The notes beneath the pieces are model-generated. The model was given only the letters and a program-made list of their open reading frames with translations. It did no database searches and was not told where the DNA came from. This document shows, piece by piece, positions 20,983 through 31,656 of a stretch of 64,000 nt of DNA. The position numbers were made by a program, and so were the translations under genes. Position 1 is the first letter of the stretch; each line of letters begins with the position of its first letter. Origin of the DNA: an uncultured Thermoplasmata archaeon (GTDB lineage Archaea > Thermoplasmatota > Thermoplasmata > UBA10834); the NCBI GenBank assembly GCA_963705355.1, contig OY970070.1, positions 287,741 through 351,740 of the forward strand. Direction: 5' to 3'.

Positions 20983-23900
20983 ATGAGGATACTCGCTACC
21001 TTCTTCGCCCTTTTCCTTGTCGCATCGCCTTTTCTTCCCTTGGCCAACCATAGCGTTCGCGACGCGGAGGCTGCTTCCCTTTCTTCTTGGACTAGAGTGT
21101 TCTATCTTCATGAGGGCGTAGCGTACGTCCCTTGGGGAACCTATGACTGGTTGAACTCATCGGGCCCCGCGAACCCTTCTCGAACTGACTACGACGGTGA
21201 CGGCGTCGAGGGCATCACCCTCAGACATCCGGGACTATGGCAAACATGGCATGGCTGGATCTTGTATCCGAGAGTTGGTTCTGACGTTTCCGTGTCAGGC
21301 GATATGGGGGTGAATGTCTGGGCGAGAAGCATCGATAACTCGCCGGGAATTGTCATGCGGGCGCGATTCTTTGACATCACAGCAGGTCAATGGTCGGACC
21401 CACGTAATGGAATTGAATTGGGCAATGCGACGCTTCCGCTCGCGGGTCCGGACTACTCTGTGTACCAGCTCTATTCTTTCACGATTGCTAGCGTATCATA
21501 CGTTCTCCCATCTGGTCACTATCTTGCGCTGGTCATCGAGCGACGGGACAATGATAACAGTCGACTCGTGATCTACTTTGACAAAACAGACTATGCCTCT
21601 TACATCACTCTCAACACAACGACTTTCGTGAACGTGGATTCCGCCCGGACCGTGGATTCGTACGGTTCTCCGCGGGGAACCTTCTCAGATCAGGAGAGCG
21701 CCGTTGTTGAGGCGAACGTGTCAGATCCGTTTGGAGCATATGACATAGTGGCAGCCTATGTTCAGGTTTTGAACGAGAGCGGTGTTGTCAACGCGACTAC
21801 TTCGATGAATCTCGTCCAAACAGATCCTTCCCAGCCTGGCTACTGGAAAAGTTACAGCCTGGCACTGTCACTCTTGCCTGAGGGCAGCTACACAGTGAAT
21901 GTCACCGCTAGTGATCCTCAGGGCACGCCCACATGGATGAATCTGTCTCTCACGATTGTGTCGGTCGATCACTTCCTTGTGTCGGCCCCTTCAGCAATCG
22001 TTGCCGGCTCACTCTTCTCGATGACGGTCTCGGCTCTGGATTCCTCCAACTCCATCATAACGAATTGGGTTGGCCAGGTTCAGCTGGCTGCATACGAACC
22101 GGATCTGGTGACGCCGGGGGTGAGGCTGTTGGCTCGGACACTTCTGGTCTTCACGCCGGGTGACGGAGGTCAGGTGACTATATCGGATCAGAACTACACT
22201 TTCGGCGAGGACACGATTCGCATCAAGGCTTCGTCTGGAGTCCACGTTGGCTGGAGCGGGCTCATAGCTGTTTCCAGCGGGCCGGTCATCCGCATCCTCA
22301 TCTCTCCGCCGGGTCCTGAGACCGTCGCTTCAGGAACCTCAAGGGCCTTCACTGCTACGGGCCTTGATGTTCTTGGAAACATCAACACGACTTGGTCTCC
22401 GAATTGGACCGTGCCGTCCAGCATCGGCACGATTTCGGGAGCCGGCCTCTCAGTGACCTTCACAGCTTCGTTGGTTGGCTCGGGTAATCTGAGGTGCAAG
22501 AACGATTTGACAGACGCGAACAGGACCGCTCTTATTAATGTTGTTGTGGGAGAGTTGGCAAGGATTGTCATCTCTGCTCCGTCTGATCCTCTCCTGATTG
22601 GAGAGAACGAGACTCAAGCCCTTACTGCGACTGGCTACGATGTCAATGCAAATCTGGTGGATATCACTGGCGCTATTTGGCGTACCAACACTTCCGGGGC
22701 TGTCAATGGCAGTGGGCCGTCCGGAGTCTATCGGGCGGGATTCATCCCTGAGGTTGGTGTCATCAGCGTCAGAGTCGGCGGCATCGTTGGGGTGCTTAGT
22801 GTTGTCGTTGTTAGCGGTATCCATGGACCCTGGCTCAGCACGATACCGGAGCAGATTCAGAACGAGGACGGAGGGACATGGGAGCTTAGCCTTACTGGGT
22901 ATTGGCATGACGACGAGGGGACCGAGTCCCTCAGATGGTCGGTCGAGGACGTCAATATGTCGCTCTATATCGTCACACATGATCCGAATTCGAATGCCGT
23001 GCTGAGGCTGACCACCCAACCGAATCAGAACGGGGAGGACGCGCTCCGGCTTTGGGTTGTGGACAGTGGAGGCTATTGGACATATCAGTGGGTGACCGTC
23101 AAGATACTCCCGGTAAATGATGCGCCTCAATTCGTCAACAATCCTCCGACGCGACTCAGTGTGAGATTCGACGACCCCTACGTATTCGACTACACGTACT
23201 ATGTCTGGGACGTTGACAATGCGAAGTCGGAATTGGGGATGAGCGCATCCTTGCCCAGCTCCAGCGGCGGCAGCATCGAATTCGATGGACTCATTGCCAC
23301 CTTCCTGTTCCCTTCGGACCCAAGCCGTGGCTCGACCTACTTCGAGATTGTCACTCTTTCAGTGATAGATCCCGCCGACGCTTCTTCTCAATTGAAGTTA
23401 GCCGTATATGTCACTTGGGACTACCCTCCTCGCTTGAACACCAGCCTGCCCAACCAAACGCTGTATGAGGGGGACGTCCTTCACTATTGTTTTAACCTCG
23501 ACTCATATTTCTATGATGTTGAGGGCTCGTACCTATATTACTCCTACGGCTTCCAGCATCTCCAGGTCTACATAGCCTGGAACCACTCGGTCTACATGAA
23601 CGCGACGGAGGAGTGGTCTGGCACGACCGACGGCGCGTTCACTGCCACAGACCCTGAAGGTGCTCTGAAGACCGACATGATCACAGTCACCGTGATCGCA
23701 GTCAATGATGCGCCGATTGTGAGAAGTCCAGGATCTATTCTAGTGAAATACAACGTCACATACTACCTCTACCTGAGCCAGTATGTGTTCGACCCGGACA
23801 ACTCAATTGATTCCTTGACATTCACGTTCAACGACACGCACGTGAAGGAGACATCGACCTTCATGGGCAGCTACCGACTCGAGATACTGTTTCCGGGAAG

Positions 23901-25149
23901 CATCCTCCCTGATTCCGATATCTTCCTTGGCCCATACCTTGTCTATGTTCACATGGAGGTTACTGATCCTGGTGGTCTGATGACCCCCTGCAATTTCACG
24001 GTCTTTGTGACGGACGACGCTCCGCCGACTGTGATTGCCCCGAATCCGGACGCGACTTACTACGCATTCCCTGAGAACTCATATCTGAACAACTCGCTGA
24101 GGATGTACGATTTGTTCTGGGATCCCGACGATTCGATGCTCAATTTCACAATCGTGGGGAACAGATTCGTTCACCTCCAAATCTACTCAAACGGTGTCGT
24201 CAATCTGACTTCAGATGTGAATTGGTCGGGAACGGAGGTCCTCACAATCACGGCAAAGGATTCACATCTCGGCTGGGCATCGTTCCGCGCGTACGTGACG
24301 GTCACGCCAGTCAATCAGGCTCCTTGGATCTATCCAATCCCCGACATGATCGTCAAGACGGGGCATATTGATGCGCCATTCTACATCCTCGACTACATTT
24401 ACGATAGCGACGATGCTCCGGAGAACCTGACGATTACTGCATCTCCTGCTGAGAGCGTGGCTGTCGTCGGAGGGTTCCTCTACGTCACGCTCCCGCACGG
24501 AGTTGATGTCATAACGGTCACCATTCAGGCGAGCGACGGCAAATTGCAGTCCAATGTCAGAATCTTCAAGGTTGGTGTGGAGAAGACGATGGCTGAGAGA
24601 ATCGGCTGGCCCTATACGTTCCCGCTTGTGTTGCTGGCGGCAGGCGTCGCGGGCTACTTCCTGGCGAGCCGGATCCCGCGGCCGTACGCGCTTGAGAACA
24701 TCTTCCTCATTCACAACGATGGCAGGCTCATTGCACATGTCACCAAAGAGGAGAACACTAATCTGGACAAGGATGTGGTGAGCGCCATGTTCACGGCAGT
24801 CCAAGAGTTCGTCCGGGACTCCTTCCAGAAAGGTGAGGTGGGACTCAAGAAGCTTGAGATCGGTGACAAGAGAGTCATCATCGAGAAGGGGCAGTGGGCT
24901 TACGCCGCGTTGATATACTCTGGTTGGCCGGCGAAGGAGACCTTCGAGAACCTCCCCATGCTATTGAGGGACATCGAGGAACGCTACAAGGGCAGGCTGG
25001 AGAGGTGGAACGGCACCATGAAGACCGTCGTGGGGGTCGACAAGATGCTCCAAGAGTTCATGGCGGATACCTACAGGCCGGGAACGTGGCACGAAGAGGA
25101 GGAGATCGGTGAGGAGCGGTGGGTCGACATCCTCGAGAAGGAGGCCTAG
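20983..25149 (+). CDS. Large single-pass surface protein: signal peptide, Ig-like and cadherin-like repeats, TM helix, cytoplasmic longin/roadblock-like domain
   Basis: Hydrophobic N-terminus; repeated PVNDAP/AVNDAP/VTDDAP/PVNQAP and DxD motifs; many N-x-S/T sequons; TM WPYTFPLVLLAAGVAGYFLA (~24607-24666); tail LENIFLIHNDGRLI...DVVSAMFTAVQEFVRDSF...LEIGDKRVIIEKG...LERWNG. Confidence 0.85.
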   Translation: MRILATFFALFLVASPFLPLANHSVRDAEAASLSSWTRVFYLHEGVAYVPWGTYDWLNSSGPANPSRTDYDGDGVEGITLRHPGLWQTWHGWILYPRVGSDVSVSGDMGVNVWARSIDNSPGIVMRARFFDITAGQWSDPRNGIELGNATLPLAGPDYSVYQLYSFTIASVSYVLPSGHYLALVIERRDNDNSRLVIYFDKTDYASYITLNTTTFVNVDSARTVDSYGSPRGTFSDQESAVVEANVSDPFGAYDIVAAYVQVLNESGVVNATTSMNLVQTDPSQPGYWKSYSLALSLLPEGSYTVNVTASDPQGTPTWMNLSLTIVSVDHFLVSAPSAIVAGSLFSMTVSALDSSNSIITNWVGQVQLAAYEPDLVTPGVRLLARTLLVFTPGDGGQVTISDQNYTFGEDTIRIKASSGVHVGWSGLIAVSSGPVIRILISPPGPETVASGTSRAFTATGLDVLGNINTTWSPNWTVPSSIGTISGAGLSVTFTASLVGSGNLRCKNDLTDANRTALINVVVGELARIVISAPSDPLLIGENETQALTATGYDVNANLVDITGAIWRTNTSGAVNGSGPSGVYRAGFIPEVGVISVRVGGIVGVLSVVVVSGIHGPWLSTIPEQIQNEDGGTWELSLTGYWHDDEGTESLRWSVEDVNMSLYIVTHDPNSNAVLRLTTQPNQNGEDALRLWVVDSGGYWTYQWVTVKILPVNDAPQFVNNPPTRLSVRFDDPYVFDYTYYVWDVDNAKSELGMSASLPSSSGGSIEFDGLIATFLFPSDPSRGSTYFEIVTLSVIDPADASSQLKLAVYVTWDYPPRLNTSLPNQTLYEGDVLHYCFNLDSYFYDVEGSYLYYSYGFQHLQVYIAWNHSVYMNATEEWSGTTDGAFTATDPEGALKTDMITVTVIAVNDAPIVRSPGSILVKYNVTYYLYLSQYVFDPDNSIDSLTFTFNDTHVKETSTFMGSYRLEILFPGSILPDSDIFLGPYLVYVHMEVTDPGGLMTPCNFTVFVTDDAPPTVIAPNPDATYYAFPENSYLNNSLRMYDLFWDPDDSMLNFTIVGNRFVHLQIYSNGVVNLTSDVNWSGTEVLTITAKDSHLGWASFRAYVTVTPVNQAPWIYPIPDMIVKTGHIDAPFYILDYIYDSDDAPENLTITASPAESVAVVGGFLYVTLPHGVDVITVTIQASDGKLQSNVRIFKVGVEKTMAERIGWPYTFPLVLLAAGVAGYFLASRIPRPYALENIFLIHNDGRLIAHVTKEENTNLDKDVVSAMFTAVQEFVRDSFQKGEVGLKKLEIGDKRVIIEKGQWAYAALIYSGWPAKETFENLPMLLRDIEERYKGRLERWNGTMKTVVGVDKMLQEFMADTYRPGTWHEEEEIGEERWVDILEKEA

Positions 25150-26843
25150 TAGCTATCCTCGGCGAGCTTCCGCATCGCGTACTCGTGAAGCGTCTCTCTC
25201 TGTGGTCCGAGATCGGTGTCGAACTGCTCCTTCATCTTCTGGGCAACTGCTCTCCTCATGAACCTGAGCGGTAGACAGCCGCTGTATAGCAGCCAGTCAT
25301 GGAACAGCTTCAACGAGAACTTGTTCCCAAGTGCTTTTCTGACGTCCTCTCTAAGCTGCATGATCGAGAGCTTTCCGAGGAAATAGGATGAGTAGTAGGT
25401 CGGCGACATCGCGCACGAACGCGCTTCAATCCAAGATGCCTTCTTGTCCATCCCACACTCGTCGATAAACAGCTGAGCACCCTCATCTATGGTGAAGTCT
25501 CCTTTCGCAAGCCGCACCTCGACAATCATCCGCGCTATCCTGAACATGAGATCGTTCAGATACGTGAACCTGCCGAGAGGATTATCATTGAATCCCGATG
25601 AGATCATGAGTTCCTCAGAGTACAGTCCCCAGCCCTCGCCGAAGTCCGGGGACGCGATAAGGATTCTGATGGTGGAAGGGTTCGTGTTGGAACAAATGCC
25701 TTGGAGGTGGTGACCGGGATAAGCTTCGTGAACAGTTGTGTTTTCAATCTCGGCGTAACTGTGTTCCCGTAGCAGCTCAGATTGGTCCTCATCGGGCGTC
25801 ACAAGGAACATGCCCGTCCGAGATTCATCGAATTTGCCCGGTTCGAACTGAGCAGCGAAAGGCGTCATAGGCCGCATGAACATGGGCGTTTCGAGGACCA
25901 ACAGCTTCTCGTTCTCAGGAATCGTCACAAGGTCCTTCTGTTCCACGAAATCCCGGGCTCTTTTGACAGCTTCTCTGTACGCCTTCAATGCGGCCTCAAA
26001 CGTCTCTGGATGTCTGGATTTCATCGATTCCATTGCCTCTGCCGGATTGCCTGAGGGAACGATGCTTTTGGCTACCTCAGCCATTTGCTTCCTCACAAGC
26101 TCTAGGTATCTTTCCCCAATCTCAAGTGCTTCCTCAGCAGTCACTCCCCAATCCTTCATCTTGAGATATTGCTCGTACTCATCGATGTCGATGGCGAAAT
26201 TCGGGCTGGCCTTCGGAATCACCTTTTCCCGGAGCCATTTGTTATGATCCTCGACAGTGCGAATCGCGGCATTCGCGACCTTTGCCAATCGCTCCTTCTT
26301 ATGTAGGTCGCATGATTTCCTCTCCGCCAGTTTCTCGATGTCTCTGATCAATCCCGGAATCTCAAGTCCTGCTTCCAGAGCTGCTTGGTTCCAAATCCTA
26401 GACGGAGACCTGAGGGCCTTGCGCGACTCTGCAAGAAACGCTGGCACTTCGTCCAGTCTGCTTATAATCGATTCTAGTCTTTCGTCGAAGGACGGGTGGT
26501 CTCTCATGAACAGGAAGAACAGAGAGTAGCCGACCTCGCTGCATGCCAACGATTCCCTCTCAAAGAGCTTCAGGTCTGCGATCTCAAAAAGCTTCAACTT
26601 CAGTATGTAGGCCGCAAGATCGACGTCCAGACGGTCGTCTGGAGAAAGCTTCTCAGATGAGACGACGTTCAGCAGCTGGAGTAGTTCCTCAATTCTTCTG
26701 CAAATGCGTGTTCTTGACGACTCGCTAGCGTCCCTGAGGACCTGATCATACTTGTGCCAGCCGACTTGAGTCGCATAGGACGGATCCCAGCTCAGGAATT
26801 CGTCCATCAAGGACTCCGCCAGTTCCACGTAGGATGTGCCCAT
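25146..26843 (-). CDS. DUF885 family protein (putative metallopeptidase)
   Basis: P..ATQVG.H.YD, HEAYPGHHLQ, EGWGLYSE, YFLGK, LKLFHD.LL..G. Confidence 0.9.
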   Translation of the reverse strand: MGTSYVELAESLMDEFLSWDPSYATQVGWHKYDQVLRDASESSRTRICRRIEELLQLLNVVSSEKLSPDDRLDVDLAAYILKLKLFEIADLKLFERESLACSEVGYSLFFLFMRDHPSFDERLESIISRLDEVPAFLAESRKALRSPSRIWNQAALEAGLEIPGLIRDIEKLAERKSCDLHKKERLAKVANAAIRTVEDHNKWLREKVIPKASPNFAIDIDEYEQYLKMKDWGVTAEEALEIGERYLELVRKQMAEVAKSIVPSGNPAEAMESMKSRHPETFEAALKAYREAVKRARDFVEQKDLVTIPENEKLLVLETPMFMRPMTPFAAQFEPGKFDESRTGMFLVTPDEDQSELLREHSYAEIENTTVHEAYPGHHLQGICSNTNPSTIRILIASPDFGEGWGLYSEELMISSGFNDNPLGRFTYLNDLMFRIARMIVEVRLAKGDFTIDEGAQLFIDECGMDKKASWIEARSCAMSPTYYSSYFLGKLSIMQLREDVRKALGNKFSLKLFHDWLLYSGCLPLRFMRRAVAQKMKEQFDTDLGPQRETLHEYAMRKLAEDSY

Positions 26844-27019
26844 GGATTGTCTGGCGTGATACCAACTGTACGACTTAAACCTTTATCATTTTGGGGCTTC
26901 TCATTCAGCCAGTCCCTGGGGATACCGATTTCGGAGGACTGAGGTCGCTTTTTGAAGCCGTTTGGTCCCCATCTCTCTCCTCATATACCCATCGCAAAGC
27001 ATTAAACTGTGCGCAATTC

Positions 27020-29323
27020 ATGACATCCACCCAGATGTCTAGCTCCTCCGCTCGCCAGGCAGTCACTGTCACGCTGAGGCGTGACTTGGGGCTTCTCGAC
27101 GTGACCATGATCGGCGTGGGCGCGATGATAGGCACGAGCATATTCGTGCTCATCGGAGTGGTCACTCAGGATGTCGGTGCCGGGATTCTGCTGGTTTTCT
27201 TGTTCAACACCGTTGTGACAATCTTCACGGCGACCACGTACGCGGAATTGGGATCGTCGTTCCCCGAGGCGGGCGGAGGCTACTTGTGGGCCAAGAAAGC
27301 ACTTCCTCATCCGGCGGAATTCATCTCTGGTTGGCTTTCATGGTTCGGCCACACGGTGGCATGCAGTTTCTATTCACTTGGATTCGGCTACGCCGCTGTT
27401 GCGATTGTTGACTATTTGGGCCTCAGCATTCTCGGCCTTTCATCCGCCATTCTTGTGAAACTCTTTGCTGTCATCGCCATGGCGTTCTTCCTTGGGATCA
27501 ACTACATTGGCGTGGGCACGACCGGGAAGACAGGAACCTCTGTCACGATTATCCAGGTCCTGATCATCGTGTTCTTCGTTGCCTTCTCATTGATTAGCGC
27601 ATTCGACACCAAAGGGATTCACGCCTTTGACAACCTGGAGCCGCTTCTGCCAGCCGGAAAGGGCTATGACAGCATCTTCATGTCGATGGGCTTCACGATT
27701 CTTGCCTTTGAAGGATACGAGATCGTGGTCCAATGCGGCGAGGAGGTCAAAAACCCAAAGAAGAATATCCCGCGGGCAATATTCGCCTCAGTCGCCGTGG
27801 CCTCACTGCTCTACATCTTGGTCGCTCTTGCGTGCTTTGTGAAATATCCCGCGATGGACATCGGGAACGAGGGGGAGAAAGCGGTGTTCTTCACAGCTGC
27901 TCATGTCATCCCGATCGCTGGAGCTCCGTTGCTGATATTCGGAGGACTGCTGTCTGCCATGGCCGCTCTGAACGCAACCGTCTTTTCGTCTTCTCGCGTC
28001 AGTTTCGCAATGGGAAGGGACGGGTCGTTGCCAAAAGTATTCGGAAAGATACACTTAGTCCGCAGGATTCCGCACAATGCCATTCTTATCACGGGAGCGA
28101 TCATGTTCGTCATGGCGATGTTCTTTCCGCTGAAGGTCGTCGTGGCGTCCACATCGGTCGTGTTCCTTCTTCTGTTCACGCTCGCGAACCTCGCATCAAT
28201 AAGGTTAATTCCCAGGCTGACAGAAATCGACGTCGGCTTCAGAACGCCGTTCTTCCCCTTGTTTCCAGTCATCGGAGTGATCACGAAGCTCGCCTTGGCC
28301 GTATCGATATGGTGGCTCGTCCCGGAGGCATGGTATGTGGCTCTCGTGTGGATTGCAATTGGTTTTGCCGTGTCCGCGTTTGCGAAGCCTAGAGAAGAAT
28401 ACGAATCGATTGTTGCGCAACGGAGAGTCCCGCCGCGGCCTCTTACGAAGGAGCAGATCGAGCGGTTCAGAGTTTTCCTCGCGCTCGAGGATCTCGGCAA
28501 TCTTAGGCTCATCGAACTTGCGGGCATATTCGCGAGGTACTTCAACGGCGACCTCACTGTCAACAAGATCGTCGAGGTTCCGAGAGCGATGCCGCTGGAA
28601 ACCATCAGCAAGGAGTACATTGATGAAATCTCGATTAGTCTCAAGAAGACAGTCAAGGTTGCCCCCTCCACCGTTGCTGTCAGACCAGTCGTATCGGTTT
28701 CTTATGACGTTGCTGGCTCCATCTTGGATCAGACCAAGCATGAGGCCGCGAACCTATTGGTCCTAGGCTGGAAGGGAACGCGGAGGAGGGGTAAGACGAT
28801 CCTGGGTCGCAACCTCGACAGGGTAGTCCGTGAAGCCCCCTGCGACGTCGTCATAATCAAGACTGCGAGACTGAGCAAGAACATCGAGAATATCCTGTTG
28901 GTCTCTGGAGGTTATTTCGAAACCAGAAAAGCGCTGCTGCTCGCGCTGCCGATCGCCAGGGAGTTCGGTGCAAAGATAGAAATACTCTCGGTTGTGACGG
29001 ACGACAAGCAAGTGGAGCTGATGCGAGGAAACGCGGAGAGATTGGGCCACATGGCCAACAGGGTGAAGGTGGCTAACGAGGTCAAGTACGTGTATTCCAG
29101 ATCCTTCGTGAACGCAGTCCTGGACCGCGTTCAGCATTCTGACATCCTCGTGATGGGTGCGGGCCCGCAGTCAGTCTTTGAGCGCACGTTGTTCGGGGCG
29201 ACATATGACAGAATAATCCGGTCGGTCGATGTTCCGGTTCTGGTCGTGAAAACCGCCCGCGCTGGCAAAGGGGGCACACAGTCGCTGGTTTCCTCGAGGC
29301 CGCCGATACCGGGACTGGACTAG
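27020..29323 (+). CDS. APC-family amino acid permease fused to two C-terminal USP domains
   Basis: LRRDLGL..IGVGAMIG, YAEL.S.FPEAGGGY, EEVKNP.KNIP, SSSRV.FAMGRDG.LP; USP motifs APCDVVIIK and VDVPVLVVK. Confidence 0.92.
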   Translation: MTSTQMSSSSARQAVTVTLRRDLGLLDVTMIGVGAMIGTSIFVLIGVVTQDVGAGILLVFLFNTVVTIFTATTYAELGSSFPEAGGGYLWAKKALPHPAEFISGWLSWFGHTVACSFYSLGFGYAAVAIVDYLGLSILGLSSAILVKLFAVIAMAFFLGINYIGVGTTGKTGTSVTIIQVLIIVFFVAFSLISAFDTKGIHAFDNLEPLLPAGKGYDSIFMSMGFTILAFEGYEIVVQCGEEVKNPKKNIPRAIFASVAVASLLYILVALACFVKYPAMDIGNEGEKAVFFTAAHVIPIAGAPLLIFGGLLSAMAALNATVFSSSRVSFAMGRDGSLPKVFGKIHLVRRIPHNAILITGAIMFVMAMFFPLKVVVASTSVVFLLLFTLANLASIRLIPRLTEIDVGFRTPFFPLFPVIGVITKLALAVSIWWLVPEAWYVALVWIAIGFAVSAFAKPREEYESIVAQRRVPPRPLTKEQIERFRVFLALEDLGNLRLIELAGIFARYFNGDLTVNKIVEVPRAMPLETISKEYIDEISISLKKTVKVAPSTVAVRPVVSVSYDVAGSILDQTKHEAANLLVLGWKGTRRRGKTILGRNLDRVVREAPCDVVIIKTARLSKNIENILLVSGGYFETRKALLLALPIAREFGAKIEILSVVTDDKQVELMRGNAERLGHMANRVKVANEVKYVYSRSFVNAVLDRVQHSDILVMGAGPQSVFERTLFGATYDRIIRSVDVPVLVVKTARAGKGGTQSLVSSRPPIPGLD

Positions 29324-29772
29324 ACAGTTCCTCCGAAAAGCTCTTCTAGCGCTCTCCTCGCGGTCTTAGTCATGTCCATTGACCGAGTCTCCTCGCGCGT
29401 CACCCATCTCATCTCCGTGACCTCTACGCTCGGATTCTCGACTCCGCCTATTGGTTTGACCAAGAAATCTGCAAGGACGTAATGGTATCTGATTTTCCCA
29501 GACCCATCCGTGTCTATCATGTCAAAGACGTTGATCAGCTCGAGCACCTCGCCCTTTATCCCAGTCTCCTCCTCCAGCTCTCGGGCGCACGCTTCTGACA
29601 GCTTCTCGCCGAGTTCCACGAGGCCGCCCGGAACGCTCCATTTGCCCGCTCCCGGCTCGAATGCTCTCTTCACCAGCAGAATCTTGCCATTCTTGATTGC
29701 CACGGCTCCCACTCCAACAAGCGGGATTGTCGGATACTCCCGCCTGCGATGCGGATCCTTTTCGTCCGTCAT
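29320..29772 (-). CDS. NUDIX hydrolase (ADP-ribose pyrophosphatase-like)
   Basis: Nudix box GGLVELGE.LSEACARELEEETG. Confidence 0.93.
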   Translation of the reverse strand: MTDEKDPHRRREYPTIPLVGVGAVAIKNGKILLVKRAFEPGAGKWSVPGGLVELGEKLSEACARELEEETGIKGEVLELINVFDMIDTDGSGKIRYHYVLADFLVKPIGGVENPSVEVTEMRWVTREETRSMDMTKTARRALEELFGGTV

Positions 29773-30902
29773 GTCTGTCGCCCCTTCCTTCTCACTATGT
29801 AGATGTACATCGTCGCTGCAACCGTAACAGCAATCGCCATGCCAGCCAGAACAATCGCTGTCTCATTCCCGCGCACCGGACTAGTCATGTCCAGGAGCGT
29901 CGCGGCAAGACCTTTGGTGACTGAGACAATCTGTCCTTCGGAGAGCTTGTCGAGCGTGTCGTTAGAGGAATGATAGTACGGATTGAACTGGTACAGGTTA
30001 TCCGACGGATTGGATTCGATGACGAGCGCCGCTGGGTAGCCATCCGCCCAGAATCTAGCATGATCGCTGTATGTTGTGGAGGGGTCGACCGTGACGTTGA
30101 CTGCCAGCTGGATGTCGTAGGTTTGAACTGATTCCCGCACGCGAGTCCCGAGGGCAGCAGAGTTGCCGTTGACGACGACAACGGTGTGATTCCCGTATCC
30201 CCCTTCGTATCCGATCATGTCAAGAATCCAGCAGCCGGCATATGCAGCGCCTGCGGCTTTCTCCGACTGGACAAACGCGAGGCTGCCTGCAAGGCCCCCT
30301 GAGAAGTCGTATCCATACTCTTCCGCACCAAAAGCGACGAACTTCACTGTGTTCTTCAAGCTGAATCTGGACAATATCCTTGCCAGTTCAAGGACGGATG
30401 CCACTCCTGATGCGTCATCATCCGCCCCTGGAGCGGCGAGCCTTTGACCGTCCGAGAGGTTCCTCGCGTCTCTGTTCTCGCTGTCATAGTGCGCCCCGAA
30501 GAGAAACTGCGACGACGATTCAGATGTACCTGGCATTGTCGCAACAACGTTTCTAACTGTATGAGTGCCCACTGTGAATTCCTGATACGCCACGCTGATG
30601 TTCAACTCTTCGAACTGTTCGAATATGTAGGACGCGGCATCTTGAGATGTGTTGAGATAGAATGCTCTGGAACCGAAGTCTTGAAGATCTTCAATTGTTT
30701 GCATAATCCTCTCGCCAGATACGCAGTTGATGGTCTCCGATATTCGGGGAACGTCTGCGCGCGCCTCCGTCTCGAAGGAAATCGTCGAGAAGATCAGTGC
30801 TGATGCGAGGATCGTCATCGAAAACGATCGGGACAGCAGCGAGTCTAACCTACGTGCGGAAGCAATGCCAAGGAGTCCTGCCAGGGGTCTCGATAAACGC
30901 AT
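29769..30902 (-). CDS. Secreted, membrane-anchored M28 aminopeptidase
   Basis: GAHYDS, PGADDDASG, FGAEE, LDMIG, SDH, YH.SNDT; signal peptide and C-terminal TM with basic tail. Confidence 0.9.
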   Translation of the reverse strand: MRLSRPLAGLLGIASARRLDSLLSRSFSMTILASALIFSTISFETEARADVPRISETINCVSGERIMQTIEDLQDFGSRAFYLNTSQDAASYIFEQFEELNISVAYQEFTVGTHTVRNVVATMPGTSESSSQFLFGAHYDSENRDARNLSDGQRLAAPGADDDASGVASVLELARILSRFSLKNTVKFVAFGAEEYGYDFSGGLAGSLAFVQSEKAAGAAYAGCWILDMIGYEGGYGNHTVVVVNGNSAALGTRVRESVQTYDIQLAVNVTVDPSTTYSDHARFWADGYPAALVIESNPSDNLYQFNPYYHSSNDTLDKLSEGQIVSVTKGLAATLLDMTSPVRGNETAIVLAGMAIAVTVAATMYIYIVRRKGRQT

Positions 30903-30957
30903 AGTCGTGCCCGGATTAGTAGCGAATCATATAAAGAGATTCGGCCATACAATCTGC

Positions 30958-31632
30958 GTGTGTCTGAGAGATGCTTTCGCCTCGGTCAGCCGGCGTCTGG
31001 AATTGGCCGATGTCGGAGCCGAGTTCTTTCCATATTCGGAATTGAAGCACACCTGGAAGAGCAATGGCGGCGCGCTCAGCTTCAAGATAAGCGACTATAT
31101 GATGGATGCGCCGGAGGAGGTGCTGGAATCACTCGCTTGGTATCTACTGTGCCGAGCCACGGGACGAGAACGTCCAAAAATAAGGGCTACCCGATATCTC
31201 AATTACGCTCGCTCGGGAGAACTCTGGGAACCGAAGAAGGATCTCTACATGCGCAGGTCGAGAAGCTTGACGTTTGTGCCTCGAGGCGCTGCAAGAGATC
31301 TTCGTGAGGTGTTCGACTATGTCAACTCATTCTATTTCTCCGGTAAGATCCAAAATCCAATTCTAGCATGGGCATCGGAATCCCCTCGTCGACGCCTCGG
31401 GTTCTACCTCGCCCCTTTGAACCTTCTCGCGGCAAACAGGGTCATGGATTCTGAGCGCGTTCCGCGATACGTGCTCGAGTTCGTCGTTTTTCACGAGCTT
31501 CTGCACCACGTCAACGCAGGCGATGGCCGTGGAATCAGGCGAGTTCATCACGATGCCGAGTTCCGGAACCAGGAGAGGACCTTTTCGCACTATGACGATG
31601 CGGAGCGCTGGCTCAGGAAGCTTGTAAGATAA
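30958..31632 (+). CDS. YgjP/SprT-like zincin metalloprotein
   Basis: VP.YVLEFVVFHELLH, HHDAEFR; start codon uncertain. Confidence 0.8.
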   Translation: MCLRDAFASVSRRLELADVGAEFFPYSELKHTWKSNGGALSFKISDYMMDAPEEVLESLAWYLLCRATGRERPKIRATRYLNYARSGELWEPKKDLYMRRSRSLTFVPRGAARDLREVFDYVNSFYFSGKIQNPILAWASESPRRRLGFYLAPLNLLAANRVMDSERVPRYVLEFVVFHELLHHVNAGDGRGIRRVHHDAEFRNQERTFSHYDDAERWLRKLVR

Positions 31633-31656
31633 AGAAGGCCGCTAAAGACCTGAGCG

